Source: an uncultured Paenibacillus sp.
Lineage (GTDB): Bacteria; Bacillota; Bacilli; Paenibacillales; Paenibacillaceae
Reading direction: 5' to 3'
Assembly (NCBI GenBank): GCA_927443375.1
Contig: CAKMKL010000050.1
Location: 1 to 62,986 of the forward strand
DNA: 62,986 bases
Shown: positions 9,743 to 20,661 of the stretch, one piece after another
Position numbering within the stretch: the first letter of the stretch is position 1
How the letters are laid out: each line of letters opens with the position of its first letter
Position numbers and translations under genes: made by a program
The notes under the pieces: model-generated
What the model was told of the DNA's origin: nothing
Database searches by the model: none
Seen by the model: the letters and a program-made list of their open reading frames with translations, nothing else

Positions 9743-10207
9743 TTACATCCATTTCACAAATCTGCCGTATTTCAACGTGACTCCATTCATTTCGGCCCAG
9801 GTATGAAGACTCTGTATCGCTTGTGTCCGGTCATCCGTGAATCTGAAACACAGGCCGAGCGGTACAATTCTTGTATTCTTCAGCAAAATACCAACTAAAG
9901 GACCATCAATATGGATAGACTTAATTTCCGGTGCCGGGATCGTGCGGTTATGAAACTGCAAAGCATCAGTATTCCACATGATTTCAGATGCCTTCCGGAG
10001 CGCCAGCAATATCAAATACACCTCTAACAAAGTAGAGAAAATGAGACAGACGATCAGAATATAGTACATGGTGTCATGCGGCCTGACAGTACTGCCTGGG
10101 CTCCTAAAGAAAGATAGAAGAAGAATAACGATGCTTACCAGCACGCTCAGCATCGTTCTGAGGGCTAACGGAGGTTTGATTCTCGTTACATAGACAGGAT
10201 CTGTCAT
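9743..10207 (-). CDS. Hypothetical membrane protein
   Basis: Two hydrophobic helices; AAAGGA RBS. Confidence 0.7.
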   Translation of the reverse strand: MTDPVYVTRIKPPLALRTMLSVLVSIVILLLSFFRSPGSTVRPHDTMYYILIVCLIFSTLLEVYLILLALRKASEIMWNTDALQFHNRTIPAPEIKSIHIDGPLVGILLKNTRIVPLGLCFRFTDDRTQAIQSLHTWAEMNGVTLKYGRFVKWM

Positions 10208-10276
10208 GGCTTATCCTTTCATGTTTCATATATATAGTATAATGAACGCAAAGCTGTAACTTTGAGGAGGATTATT

Positions 10277-10582
10277 ATGTACGAGCATCTGGTTGTCTTT
10301 AAATTTAACAGTAATTACGAGCCGCAAACAGAAGAGCTGCTGGTGCAGACACTTTTAAAGCTGAAGGAACAGATACCAGGTATTGTCGAATTGACGGCAG
10401 GGGTAAATGTGACAGAGGAAACGGGGAATATCCATGGATATACGCTGGGGCTCCGCGTGACCTTTACAGATCAGGAAGCCCTGCGTCAATATGGACCGCA
10501 TCCGGCCCACCAGGATTTTGTGGGTATGCTAGAGGGAATAATTGAAAATGTCGTTGTGGTAGATTACCCGGTTACAGGCTAA
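10277..10582 (+). CDS. Dabb family stress-responsive alpha/beta barrel protein
   Basis: MYEHLVVFKF...YGPHPAH...VVDY; GAGGAGG RBS before the ATG at 10277. Confidence 0.88.
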   Translation: MYEHLVVFKFNSNYEPQTEELLVQTLLKLKEQIPGIVELTAGVNVTEETGNIHGYTLGLRVTFTDQEALRQYGPHPAHQDFVGMLEGIIENVVVVDYPVTG

Positions 10583-10589
10583 TACGGTT

Positions 10590-11087
10590 CTAAAAAAGAT
10601 CGTTCACATCTGCAACTACTTTACCTATCAATTTATCCTTGGCTACAAAAGGAGTCGCCCACAAATGAGCATCATAGCTGATATTCCGGTTGTCGCCAAG
10701 GAAAAAATAGTGATCCTCTGGAACAGTAACCGGACCAAAGGTATAATTCATAGTTTCCTTCAAATAAGGCTCATCGATCTTTTCACCGTTTCTGAATAAG
10801 GCGCTTTCTTTAACTTCGATCGTGTCACCCGGGAGACCCATAAGGCGTTTGACATATTTCTTTTGTTCATCACCGGCGACCGGTGGATTGAACACAACGA
10901 TATCGCCATGCTTCAGCGTGGTCAGCCAGAGCATCTTCTCTACCAGCAGCCGGTCATCCACTTTTATTGTGGGAACCATGGAGTCCGTCGGAACTCTCAT
11001 TGCTTCCGCAACATAAGACCTGATAAATAAGGACAGGATGATACCAATTGCGATACTCGGAACCCACTGCTTCAGAAATTTTTTCAT
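10590..11087 (-). CDS. lepB: Signal peptidase I
   Basis: SMVPT (catalytic Ser), YVKRLMGLPGD (catalytic Lys) and GDNRNISYD motifs. Confidence 0.92.
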   Translation of the reverse strand: MKKFLKQWVPSIAIGIILSLFIRSYVAEAMRVPTDSMVPTIKVDDRLLVEKMLWLTTLKHGDIVVFNPPVAGDEQKKYVKRLMGLPGDTIEVKESALFRNGEKIDEPYLKETMNYTFGPVTVPEDHYFFLGDNRNISYDAHLWATPFVAKDKLIGKVVADVNDLF

Positions 11088-11110
11088 TTTGCCACCTCAG
11101 TTATCTATAA

Positions 11111-11548
11111 TTAGAGTTCGAACTTTGCAAGTATCCGCGACATTTCTGCGTCCGTGTCAATCATGCTATTTTGGGGCATGTGGATGACGAGCAATCCGCC
11201 AAAGATCTGCTCCCATTTCCCGCCGTTCTCCTTCACACGCTGCTTCATATCCCTAATCTCCTGGGAACCTGCCGCCTCTTTACTGAGCAGCCAGGCATAT
11301 CTCCGGTAAGCGGACTTCTGCACCGTCTCCACGTAATACGAAATGCCCTGTTTCTCTGTTACCCGGATAATATCTCCGAGCGTAATGCACGGGTTGAAAA
11401 TCGGTGTCTCCTCGATCCTGTATTTATCCTGCGCCACGGGAGTCACATCGAGCACCTCAATCTCACGTCCCTGTTCATCAAAACAGATATGTAGTCCTAC
11501 TGTATCCGGCATAACACACCTCAATTCTTCATATACAAAATCCATCAA
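11111..11548 (-). CDS. DUF4265-like protein
   Basis: YRIEETP...LGDIIRV and WEQIFGGLLVI patterns; start uncertain. Confidence 0.6.
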   Translation of the reverse strand: MMDFVYEELRCVMPDTVGLHICFDEQGREIEVLDVTPVAQDKYRIEETPIFNPCITLGDIIRVTEKQGISYYVETVQKSAYRRYAWLLSKEAAGSQEIRDMKQRVKENGGKWEQIFGGLLVIHMPQNSMIDTDAEMSRILAKFEL

Positions 11549-11627
11549 CCTTCATTTTAGGCAAACTCATGAAAATTGGCAATGAATCTGTATGTGCGGT
11601 TATAGAGCTTAAGCTTTCGGTGAGTGG

Positions 11628-12494
11628 TCATTTCATTCCCGACAGGGATTTGGCAATGAACCGTTCCAGCGTCTTCCAGGGCAGCAACGCTTTGCCTATG
11701 CTCAGGATCTTGGAGCCTTTGCCGATGGGATAACGCAGCTTGGGCGCACGCATGAAGACCAGCTTGCCGATCAGCTCAGCCACCTGCCTGGGATCGGGTG
11801 CAGTTTCCGCGGTTCTCCGGGAGTAGCGCAGCACCTCAGTCAGCTGCTTGTTGTAGGGTGAATCCTCACTTGTCCGGATTCCGTCAATGCCTTTGCCCCA
11901 GATCGAAGTGCGGAAGGAGCCGGGTTCAACCAAAATGACCCGGATACCGAAAGGCAGCAATTCTTGGCGCAGACTTTCGCTGAAGCCCTCCACTGCATAC
12001 TTGGACGCGGCATAGGGTGCGTAACCGGGAAAGCCGATTAATCCGCTGACACTGCTGACATTGATGATGCTCCCACCGCGCTGCTGGCGCATCACAGGAA
12101 GTACAGCCTTCGTTACCTCCACCAGCCCGAAAAAGTTCGTATCCATCTGGTGACGCCAATCGTCCATACTTATTTCCTCTACAAACCCGCCGACGGCAAA
12201 GCCTGCATTATTAACCAGCACGTCAATTCTTCCAAAACGGTCCATAATTGCTGAAACAGCCGATTCAATGGACTCCGAATCTGTGACATCCAGCGTCATT
12301 ACATGAATCCGATTGAGCACATCAGCTTCTTCAGCCTGACGGATAAGCTCGTCTTTGCGGCCCAGATCACGCATCGTGGCAATCACGTGATAGCCTTTTG
12401 CCGCCAAGGTAAGCGCAGTCAGCAGTCCAAAACCGCTGGAAGTCCCAGTAATAAGAGCTATTTGATCATAGGGTAGATCTTGAATCTGATTCAT
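11628..12494 (-). CDS. SDR family oxidoreductase
   Basis: TGTSSGFG, NNAG and YAASK motifs. Confidence 0.92.
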   Translation of the reverse strand: MNQIQDLPYDQIALITGTSSGFGLLTALTLAAKGYHVIATMRDLGRKDELIRQAEEADVLNRIHVMTLDVTDSESIESAVSAIMDRFGRIDVLVNNAGFAVGGFVEEISMDDWRHQMDTNFFGLVEVTKAVLPVMRQQRGGSIINVSSVSGLIGFPGYAPYAASKYAVEGFSESLRQELLPFGIRVILVEPGSFRTSIWGKGIDGIRTSEDSPYNKQLTEVLRYSRRTAETAPDPRQVAELIGKLVFMRAPKLRYPIGKGSKILSIGKALLPWKTLERFIAKSLSGMK

Positions 12495-12622
12495 ACCCGC
12501 CTCCTTTTGTTCATTGATGATTCCATTTCAGTTTACGTTAGTCACGCATTATGTAGTTGTATCCTCAATATACTTCACAGTCCTTCTAGTATTGTAACAT
12601 ATATTTGGCAATCCTTGGAAAA

Positions 12623-12636
12623 CGAACTAGTGTTCC
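12623..12636. promoter_or_regulatory. LexA (Cheo) SOS box
   Basis: CGAAC-TAGT-GTTCC matches the Gram-positive GAAC-N4-GTTC consensus; intergenic. Confidence 0.65.
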
Positions 12637-12644
12637 TTTATTCC

Positions 12645-12673
12645 TTGACTTTCCAATAATCTCAAGCTATAGT
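12645..12673 (+). promoter_or_regulatory. Sigma-A promoter
   Basis: TTGACT-17 nt-TATAGT. Confidence 0.75.
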
Positions 12674-12700
12674 AATAACAATTACACATATTGAGCGGGA

Positions 12701-12751
12701 GAAGCACCTCGCAGGACAGGCATTGATGCCTTTCTTGGGGGTGCTTTTTTT
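12701..12751 (+). terminator. Leader hairpin/terminator (sRNA end or attenuator)
   Basis: AAGCACC...AGGCAT-TG-ATGCCT...GGTGCTT plus T run, about 25 nt after the promoter. Confidence 0.7.
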
Positions 12752-12788
12752 GCGCTCTATATCAATATTAAGACTGGAGTTGACTGAA

Positions 12789-13571
12789 ATGGCTAAACAT
12801 GTGATCACAAATGGTATTAGAAGATTCACCGGTTTACTGGTAGTGCTGGCGCTCCTTACCGGGAACAGCATCCAGGCCGCAGCAGCCTCCGGGTGGGATG
12901 AGGCGCTGGACCAGATTAATGAATTGTACAGCAGCTACATCAGCCTGCAGGAAACAGTCAAGGCGGAGAGCAAGCGTAATCAGACCCTCCGCAAGCAGAA
13001 CATCAGTGATCTTGCTGCCATCAATGCCCGGCTTAAATTAACGGATCAGGCATTGCTGAGCCGTCTCAAGTCAGAAGCAGCAGCGGTGCAGAAGAAGCAT
13101 GCGGTGCTGCTTGAGCAATATTCGGCACTGGGCAAACAGGCAACCGCCGCGCGTAAAGCGGGGAATCTCAAGTCTGTCACAGCCCTGGATTTGCAGCGCA
13201 ATAAATTGAAACCAGCGGTAACGGCAGCCCGGGCGGAGATTAAAAGTAAGAACACCGCTCTTACCGCAGCCAAGGCTACCGCCGCTGCAAGAAACAAGCC
13301 GGCTAAAGATGCTCTCTCACCCATCGCAGGCCTAAGAAAGCAGGTAACAGCCGGTAATAAACAGGTCAGTGAAATCCAGAGTATTCGTTCGGAGGCTGAC
13401 AAACGCTATAAAGCCGCAGTGAAGGCGGGAGACGCGGTCACTGCGGCGGCAGCAATGAAGCTTTCTTATACCAAAATGGGAGAAATCCGTACCTGGCTGA
13501 CCCAAATTAATAGCTTGGAACAAAAGATTTCCGCTGCCCTCCGATTAGCCGAAACCAAATTGCCGAATTGA
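12789..13571 (+). CDS. Putative secreted Ala/Lys-rich coiled-coil protein
   Basis: Signal-peptide-like N-terminus ending in AAAA; helical heptad-like body; GGAG RBS before the ATG at 12789. Confidence 0.75.
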   Translation: MAKHVITNGIRRFTGLLVVLALLTGNSIQAAAASGWDEALDQINELYSSYISLQETVKAESKRNQTLRKQNISDLAAINARLKLTDQALLSRLKSEAAAVQKKHAVLLEQYSALGKQATAARKAGNLKSVTALDLQRNKLKPAVTAARAEIKSKNTALTAAKATAAARNKPAKDALSPIAGLRKQVTAGNKQVSEIQSIRSEADKRYKAAVKAGDAVTAAAAMKLSYTKMGEIRTWLTQINSLEQKISAALRLAETKLPN

Positions 13572-13625
13572 ATACCTTCTGAGATCATCGTCATCTGCTG
13601 GAGCTTCATCTTAATAATGGCCTCA

Positions 13626-14426
13626 TCAGATCAGCTGCACCATCCAGCTGATGAAATAGGCTGCTGGTATGAATACAAGCTGGCCCAGCAATGTTCCAAG
13701 AAACCGGGAGAACATCAGCAGCACATAGATTTTACCCAGCTGATCACGGTATTCAGCTTGTTCCGTGGCTTTGTGAGTAATAATCCCCAGCTGCGGATCA
13801 ATAAAGATGGTCAGCACGATCGTTGCCAGTCCGTTGATCAGACCGGAGGCATTCGAAGCGGTTGCCAGGAGATGAGGGGATAAATGCCCTGCATACAGCG
13901 AAGAGATAACCCCTACGGTATAGAACCCGGTAACGAAGATATTCATGATGATAAAACGCTTAGGAATTCCGAGATATCTGAAGCTGGGCAGCTTTATTCC
14001 GGGTCTTTTGATATATTTGCGCGTGTTCTTAAGCTGTTCTACCGTCACGCTGCTCAGGAGCTTAGGAAGGGAGCCTTCCACCTCCAGCTTGGAGATTACC
14101 CTGCTAAACAGGCCGACAAAGGTCGGAAAAAGTGCAATTGCGACTAAAGTGCCCAGCGAAGAGGCGAGCATAATAATCCGTAAATAATTACCGAGCGGAA
14201 AACTTGTGTCTACATTGTTGGAATAGTCAACAAACTTTGCCGTCAGCGGAGCCTGGATCATATTTGCCGTTCTCGATACAAGTACAATAATACCGGTCAG
14301 CGACAAAGCAATGGCGATCTTGTTCAGCTTCACCCCGGCATAGCGGACTGAATATGATAATGTTTCAGCCGTATTAATTATCATTGTTAGCAGGCATACC
14401 ACAATCAAGCTATTCACCATGGTCAT
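13626..14426 (-). CDS. amj: Lipid II flippase Amj family (DUF2837)
   Basis: ETLSYSVR, LVSRTANMIQAP, SGLINGLATI and IDPQLG patterns. Confidence 0.85.
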   Translation of the reverse strand: MTMVNSLIVVCLLTMIINTAETLSYSVRYAGVKLNKIAIALSLTGIIVLVSRTANMIQAPLTAKFVDYSNNVDTSFPLGNYLRIIMLASSLGTLVAIALFPTFVGLFSRVISKLEVEGSLPKLLSSVTVEQLKNTRKYIKRPGIKLPSFRYLGIPKRFIIMNIFVTGFYTVGVISSLYAGHLSPHLLATASNASGLINGLATIVLTIFIDPQLGIITHKATEQAEYRDQLGKIYVLLMFSRFLGTLLGQLVFIPAAYFISWMVQLI

Positions 14427-14497
14427 TACAGGATCTCATCTCCAAATCTGGCAACATGGAATTACAATAAATCCGGCTTTCCGGTTGAATTGGCTGA

Positions 14498-14962
14498 TTA
14501 TGCCGGCGGTATTCTTGTGAGACAGCAGCGGTCCAGGACGTATGCGCCCGAAATCCCAAGTGAATAGCGGATAAGATCTACCCACAAAAACCCTTTGCCC
14601 AGAATCAGTCCGCCCAGGATTGTTGCTCTCACCTCATTAATCCATACTGCCTGATACAGCTGGCTGAACTCGATCATGAAGCTGAAGCTAAGGCTCAATG
14701 CAAACGAGATGTACAGCTTGCGACGGCCCAGCAGCAGCCGGAAACCAAAGTATACCATCGCCGCCCACAGCGCATCACCCAGATGGCTTGCCACAAACCG
14801 CGGCATATGTTCTGAGTAGGCTCTGGAGCCCAGACCCAGAACCATGGTTACCAGCGCTGCGCAGCTATATGTAATGAGATTAATATCACTCTGTAATCGT
14901 CTGATACCTCTGCCCCCTTCATGCAAAAAAGCTTTGACAACCTGTGTATATTCAGAGGTCAT
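14498..14962 (-). CDS. DUF2809 family membrane protein
   Basis: GDALWAAMVY, IEFSQLYQA and LILGKGF patterns; true start probably further downstream. Confidence 0.75.
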   Translation of the reverse strand: MTSEYTQVVKAFLHEGGRGIRRLQSDINLITYSCAALVTMVLGLGSRAYSEHMPRFVASHLGDALWAAMVYFGFRLLLGRRKLYISFALSLSFSFMIEFSQLYQAVWINEVRATILGGLILGKGFLWVDLIRYSLGISGAYVLDRCCLTRIPPA

Positions 14963-14972
14963 TCAGCAGATT

Positions 14973-15446
14973 TTATTCAAAAATCGTTTTTACTGTACCG
15001 GATTCCCGGCGGAATACCTCAGGCGGATAGGGAATAGCAATCTGCGGGAGCTCTTCTTCACTGAAAAACCTGAGTTCCTCACATTCCCCATCTATGCTTC
15101 TTGGTGTCCCCTTAACGATCGAGCACTCAAAGACAGTAACTGAATACTCCACACAGTCGCCATTACTGTATTCGTATGCATATTTTGCACCGCCGAATAC
15201 GCCAATGATCCGCTCCGGTGTTACCATGAGTCCCGTTTCCTCAAAAACCTCGCGCCGCACCGCTCTGGACGGAGTTTCCCCAGGCTCCACTGCACCTGCC
15301 GGCATTCCCCAGAGTGATTCTCCGCCTTTACGGATAAAGAGGATCTCTCCTGCCTCATTACGTATGACTGCCGCAACAGACGGCACTAATAGCAGATCTG
15401 TCCCCACTTTGCTGCGCAGCCCACGGTAGTATTCAGATATTGGCAT
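14973..15446 (-). CDS. NUDIX hydrolase
   Basis: GAVEPGE...AVRREVFEETGL Nudix box; GAGGGG RBS before the ATG at 15446. Confidence 0.9.
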   Translation of the reverse strand: MPISEYYRGLRSKVGTDLLLVPSVAAVIRNEAGEILFIRKGGESLWGMPAGAVEPGETPSRAVRREVFEETGLMVTPERIIGVFGGAKYAYEYSNGDCVEYSVTVFECSIVKGTPRSIDGECEELRFFSEEELPQIAIPYPPEVFRRESGTVKTIFE

Positions 15447-15498
15447 GATTACTTCCCCTCTCTTTTCCATACATTATATGATTATATCTATGGACAGA

Positions 15499-15834
15499 TT
15501 ACAGGTTCTCCTTAGGAAAGGAAACCATCGGAATCCGCTGGTCTGGGGGATAGTTCCGGCAATCAGACAGCTTAACCTTATAGAATTCATCGCTCTCTGC
15601 GAGCTCAATGGCTCTGCAGACATATTCTGTCTTTGCCGGGTTTGCACTCATGTAATCCCTGGTTTGGTCTACCATCAAGTGCAGCTCCTGTCCGTCATTA
15701 TAGAAATCATATATAAAAGGCCCGCTGTCTATTCCCCATTGCAGGAATGTCAGATTATCTCCCTGGCCTTCTTCAAAGCGGTGAATCATTTCTTTGACTC
15801 TCTCCAGGTCAGTCTGGTCAAAATGGGGAATCAA
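15499..15834 (-). CDS. DUF4362-like protein, probably 5'-truncated
   Basis: GPFIYDFYNDG...VDQTRD pattern; TTG start without RBS and an in-frame stop 9 codons upstream. Confidence 0.5.
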   Translation of the reverse strand: MIPHFDQTDLERVKEMIHRFEEGQGDNLTFLQWGIDSGPFIYDFYNDGQELHLMVDQTRDYMSANPAKTEYVCRAIELAESDEFYKVKLSDCRNYPPDQRIPMVSFPKENL

Positions 15835-15983
15835 ATTCGACTTCGTACTGATGTCCCGTTAGTTCACTCACTATATTTGACATAGCTGATCGTTTTTCCT
15901 TGTGGACATGCTAAATAGGGACATCCTTACCATGCCGGCTAAGAAATGTCCCTTGTTGTGTCTTACATTATCTTGACTTGTGA

Positions 15984-16559
15984 TCAGCCTTCTCCCAGCT
16001 CCAGCCTTCTCAAGGTACGCCGCCGGGACCAGCAGGTCCATAGCAAATCAGCACTGAACAGCATGATAATCAAAGGCATTCCCGGCACCCAAATCGGCTC
16101 CAGGAGAAGATAGACAAGCTCCATAAGCGGCTGCAAAAGATAGATACAAGCAGTGGCCAGCACCCACCAGTATAAAGAGAATTTCAGACAGATATGGCCA
16201 TGAAGCTGATACGGCATTGCCGAATAATCCCACCACTGCTTATGGAAGGCTGACTTCAGCAGCCAACCGCTAGCATATTCAACTGCCGAAGGTATAATCA
16301 GGGAAAGCCCCAGAAACAGCGGAAGTGGAAGTTCCAGCATCTGGGCCGCCAGCAGCAATAGCGGGGCAAACCCGTACATCGGCTTAAACGGCCCCTTAAG
16401 AAACCCCTCCTTGCGGAAGCTTCCCTGACTATAAAGATTATATGACCCTTCGAGCACCCACCCAAAGAACGAGTAAATCATAAAGTAAAAGAAATACTGA
16501 CCCGCCGCTACAACAACTGCAGTGTAGCTATCCAGCGACAGCACCGGAAATATGTTAAT
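15984..16559 (-). CDS. Putative ABC-transporter-permease-like membrane protein (DUF1113/CmpB type)
   Basis: YSFFGWVLE, GFLKGPFKPMYG and WWDYS...LHGHICL motifs; likely start is ATT at 16559. Confidence 0.8.
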   Translation of the reverse strand: MNIFPVLSLDSYTAVVVAAGQYFFYFMIYSFFGWVLEGSYNLYSQGSFRKEGFLKGPFKPMYGFAPLLLLAAQMLELPLPLFLGLSLIIPSAVEYASGWLLKSAFHKQWWDYSAMPYQLHGHICLKFSLYWWVLATACIYLLQPLMELVYLLLEPIWVPGMPLIIMLFSADLLWTCWSRRRTLRRLELGEG

Positions 16560-16608
16560 CTCTTTCTCCCCCCGCCTGCGAGTATCGTCATCAGGTACAT
16601 CCGGGAGG

Positions 16609-16638
16609 TAGTATGCCATCCTGCAGCCCAATTTATGT
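16609..16638 (-). promoter_or_regulatory. Candidate sigma-G promoter
   Basis: ACATA-18 nt-CATACTA. Confidence 0.55.
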
Positions 16639-16733
16639 AATCCAACAATCAAAAAAAATGTCCCTGCAGCCATTATCTTGGCTTCATGGACATTTTCTTG
16701 TGCTAAAAGACTGGGTGCGGTACACCTGAGGGT

Positions 16734-16925
16734 TCACTCCTTATGTTGCTGTTCTTTGAGCAGCGGCGTTGTTGAGGAGCTGTCGTTTTGCCTTTTCAGC
16801 GTCTCCAGCTTCACCTCGCTGCGCACACCAACATCCGATCCGTACTTCTTTTCGAAATTGCCGGCCAGTGCCTCGCCTCGCTTATGCCTATACCGGCCGT
16901 TCTCGTTCCGACTACGCATTTTCAT
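16734..16925 (-). CDS. Small basic hypothetical protein
   Basis: 63 aa; GAGGAGGT RBS at correct spacing; RSRN.NG..R.KRG...GVRS pattern. Confidence 0.7.
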   Translation of the reverse strand: MKMRSRNENGRYRHKRGEALAGNFEKKYGSDVGVRSEVKLETLKRQNDSSSTTPLLKEQQHKE

Positions 16926-17107
16926 TACCTCCTCGCAAGTTCAATTGCTTAATAACCTGGGAAATCTGCGATGATCCTGGAGAATGAAGACAGATGGTTG
17001 TACGTAGGTAGATTATACAATATTAACTAAACTCTGCTCAATACTTAACAGCCTCCAATAATAAAAACAGACCGTCCCGCAGGACAGCCCGTTTGACTTA
17101 ACCCTAT

Positions 17108-17281
17108 TTAGTTCTTCGGCAGCGGGTCCGGATGAGCGGATTCCGCTGGTTTGGCTACCCAGTCATCGGCTTCCGGCTCAATATCTACGCCATTCTCCAT
17201 TTTTTTGCGTTCCGCAAGTGAGTCGCCGTCTTTGTTCTCTTTATTGCGGAGATCCGCCTCGTTCTGAATGTGATCTGTCAT
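17108..17281 (-). CDS. Small acidic hydrophilic protein (57 aa, not in the ORF track)
   Basis: MTDHIQNEADLRNKENKDGDSLAERKKMENGVDIEPEADDWVAKPAESAHPDPLPKN; GAGGAGGA RBS; hairpin plus T run downstream. Confidence 0.8.
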   Translation of the reverse strand: MTDHIQNEADLRNKENKDGDSLAERKKMENGVDIEPEADDWVAKPAESAHPDPLPKN

Positions 17282-17326
17282 GTGAAATCCTCCTCGCTTT
17301 ACAGTTTTTTGGTCACTTAGTTATAG

Positions 17327-17351
17327 TTACCCGTTGAACTGTTTCGCAAAC
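17327..17351 (-). promoter_or_regulatory. Candidate sigma-B-type promoter
   Basis: GTTT-15 nt-GGGTAA. Confidence 0.55.
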
Positions 17352-17387
17352 ATTTTTTCTGCCGGAGGATGTTAAGCCTAATTGAGG

Positions 17388-18290
17388 CTACTCATAATAC
17401 ACCCGAAAAACAATATCCTGCTCATAATTTCCAAAGCCGCGGCCGAATAGCGTCAATCCTCCACGCCTTCGGGTGGAGTCTTCCGCTGTAAGCCTGAAGG
17501 TCCACTGATTCTGCTGCCAGCATACATCATCCAGCGTAACCGCCGAAATCTTTTGTCCATCGATGTAGGTTCCCCCCCGGTTTACCCGCAGCACCTTCAG
17601 CAGCCCATATTGGTTCACATCGGAATTCCACCAGGCCGGAGTCAGTCGTCCGCGCATGACGCCGAAATCTCCGGGACTGGTCCATTTCCCCAGATCATGT
17701 CCATTTAATGAAAACAGGATATCGGAAGGCCACTTCTCATTGATATGCGGAGCCTCCGAGCCAATCTCCAGCGAGATTTCAATCTCTTGGACTTTCTGAT
17801 CCATAAACAGATAATTAGGTACTTTATATTCGGCATAGCCTTTGGCAAACCATAGAATGCCCGCATCCACCCGCTCTGGATCAAGAAAATAACGCGGATC
17901 ATCATAATATCCGATTAATTTCTCCGTCGTGGCAATCCCGCAGGTGGGCGAAGCCTGCAAATCTGTATAATGGCCTACGGGAACGGATACTTCCACTACT
18001 TTTCTGGCGATCCCCTTCGTTCCGGACAGTTTGATCTGCAGGAAGTTGGCGGACAGGGAGCAGTATTTATAGGTCCCTCCGTCGATTCTTTTCATTTGTG
18101 AGCTGACAATGCCGGCTTTCTGCAGTTTAGCGACATGGGAGCTGACAATGGCACTGCTGAGGTACAGCTTCGACGCCAGTTCTTTAATATGCATTTCCTC
18201 CGTACCGAGCAGGTCGATAATCCTTAGACGGACCTCGCTGGCCAGTGCCTCATACACCTTAAGAGATTCAGAATCAGTTGTTAAGTACAC
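17388..18290 (-). CDS. ArsR-type wHTH transcriptional regulator with large C-terminal domain
   Basis: EALASEVRLRII...SSAIVSSHVAKLQKAG HTH; WTSPGDFG motif; divergent from the GH51 gene. Confidence 0.85.
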   Translation of the reverse strand: MYLTTDSESLKVYEALASEVRLRIIDLLGTEEMHIKELASKLYLSSAIVSSHVAKLQKAGIVSSQMKRIDGGTYKYCSLSANFLQIKLSGTKGIARKVVEVSVPVGHYTDLQASPTCGIATTEKLIGYYDDPRYFLDPERVDAGILWFAKGYAEYKVPNYLFMDQKVQEIEISLEIGSEAPHINEKWPSDILFSLNGHDLGKWTSPGDFGVMRGRLTPAWWNSDVNQYGLLKVLRVNRGGTYIDGQKISAVTLDDVCWQQNQWTFRLTAEDSTRRRGGLTLFGRGFGNYEQDIVFRVYYE

Positions 18291-18398
18291 CTCAAACCCT
18301 CCGCCTCATCAGAATTAGCAATTTGATTAATCCTCAATATTTATATTGCCTATAATATCATTAACTACGTATTATGTAATCATAAAAAAGAACTTTAA

Positions 18399-19949
<1,551 letters not shown>

Positions 19950-19971
19950 CAGATAACCTCCTGCAATACTG

Positions 19972-20661
19972 TTAATGGTACATCATCCAGGCGACGAGCG
20001 GACCGACTATTGAGCCGACAATAGCGCATACTGTCATTGCGACTGAGCTCATGGAGACGGACTGCTCGCCGTATTCCAGCGCTTTGGCAGTACCAAGCGC
20101 ATGCGATGCCGTTCCGAGCCCAATTCCGATCCCGGATTCGCTGCGGATTCTGAACAGTTTAATGATGTAGGGACCGCCAATAGCGCCGGTGAACCCGGCA
20201 ATCATTACAAAAACTGAGGTTAGAGATGAGTCTCCGCCCAGATTGCCCGAAATTTGAATCGCAACAGCAGTCGTAATCGATTTGGGCAGGATCGAGAGCA
20301 CATAAATTTTGGAGAAGCCGAGACTGGCAGCCATCAGCAGACCGCTCAGCATGCCTACCAGCAGGCCTGTTAGTGTTCCGCCTAGGATCGCCGGCAGATT
20401 CTCCCAGAGTACATTCCGCTGTTTGTACAGCGGATAAGCCAGAGATACTACAGCGGGTCCCAGCAAACGGTTAATCCACTGTCCGCCAATCATATAAGTA
20501 TCATATGAAATATGAAATCCTAGCAGCAGAACAACCACAGTAAAAGTCGCAGTCAACGCTGGTAAAAGTACGGGAAGACGGTACCGTTTGTATAGCAGGG
20601 CCATCACCAGATATATCACAACATTGAACAGAACGAACCCGGCAGCTAGCAGAATTCTCAT
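19972..20661 (-). CDS. LrgB/CidB family protein
   Basis: LLGPAVVSLAYPLY, PKSITT and GTASHALGTA motifs. Confidence 0.92.
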   Translation of the reverse strand: MRILLAAGFVLFNVVIYLVMALLYKRYRLPVLLPALTATFTVVVLLLGFHISYDTYMIGGQWINRLLGPAVVSLAYPLYKQRNVLWENLPAILGGTLTGLLVGMLSGLLMAASLGFSKIYVLSILPKSITTAVAIQISGNLGGDSSLTSVFVMIAGFTGAIGGPYIIKLFRIRSESGIGIGLGTASHALGTAKALEYGEQSVSMSSVAMTVCAIVGSIVGPLVAWMMYH

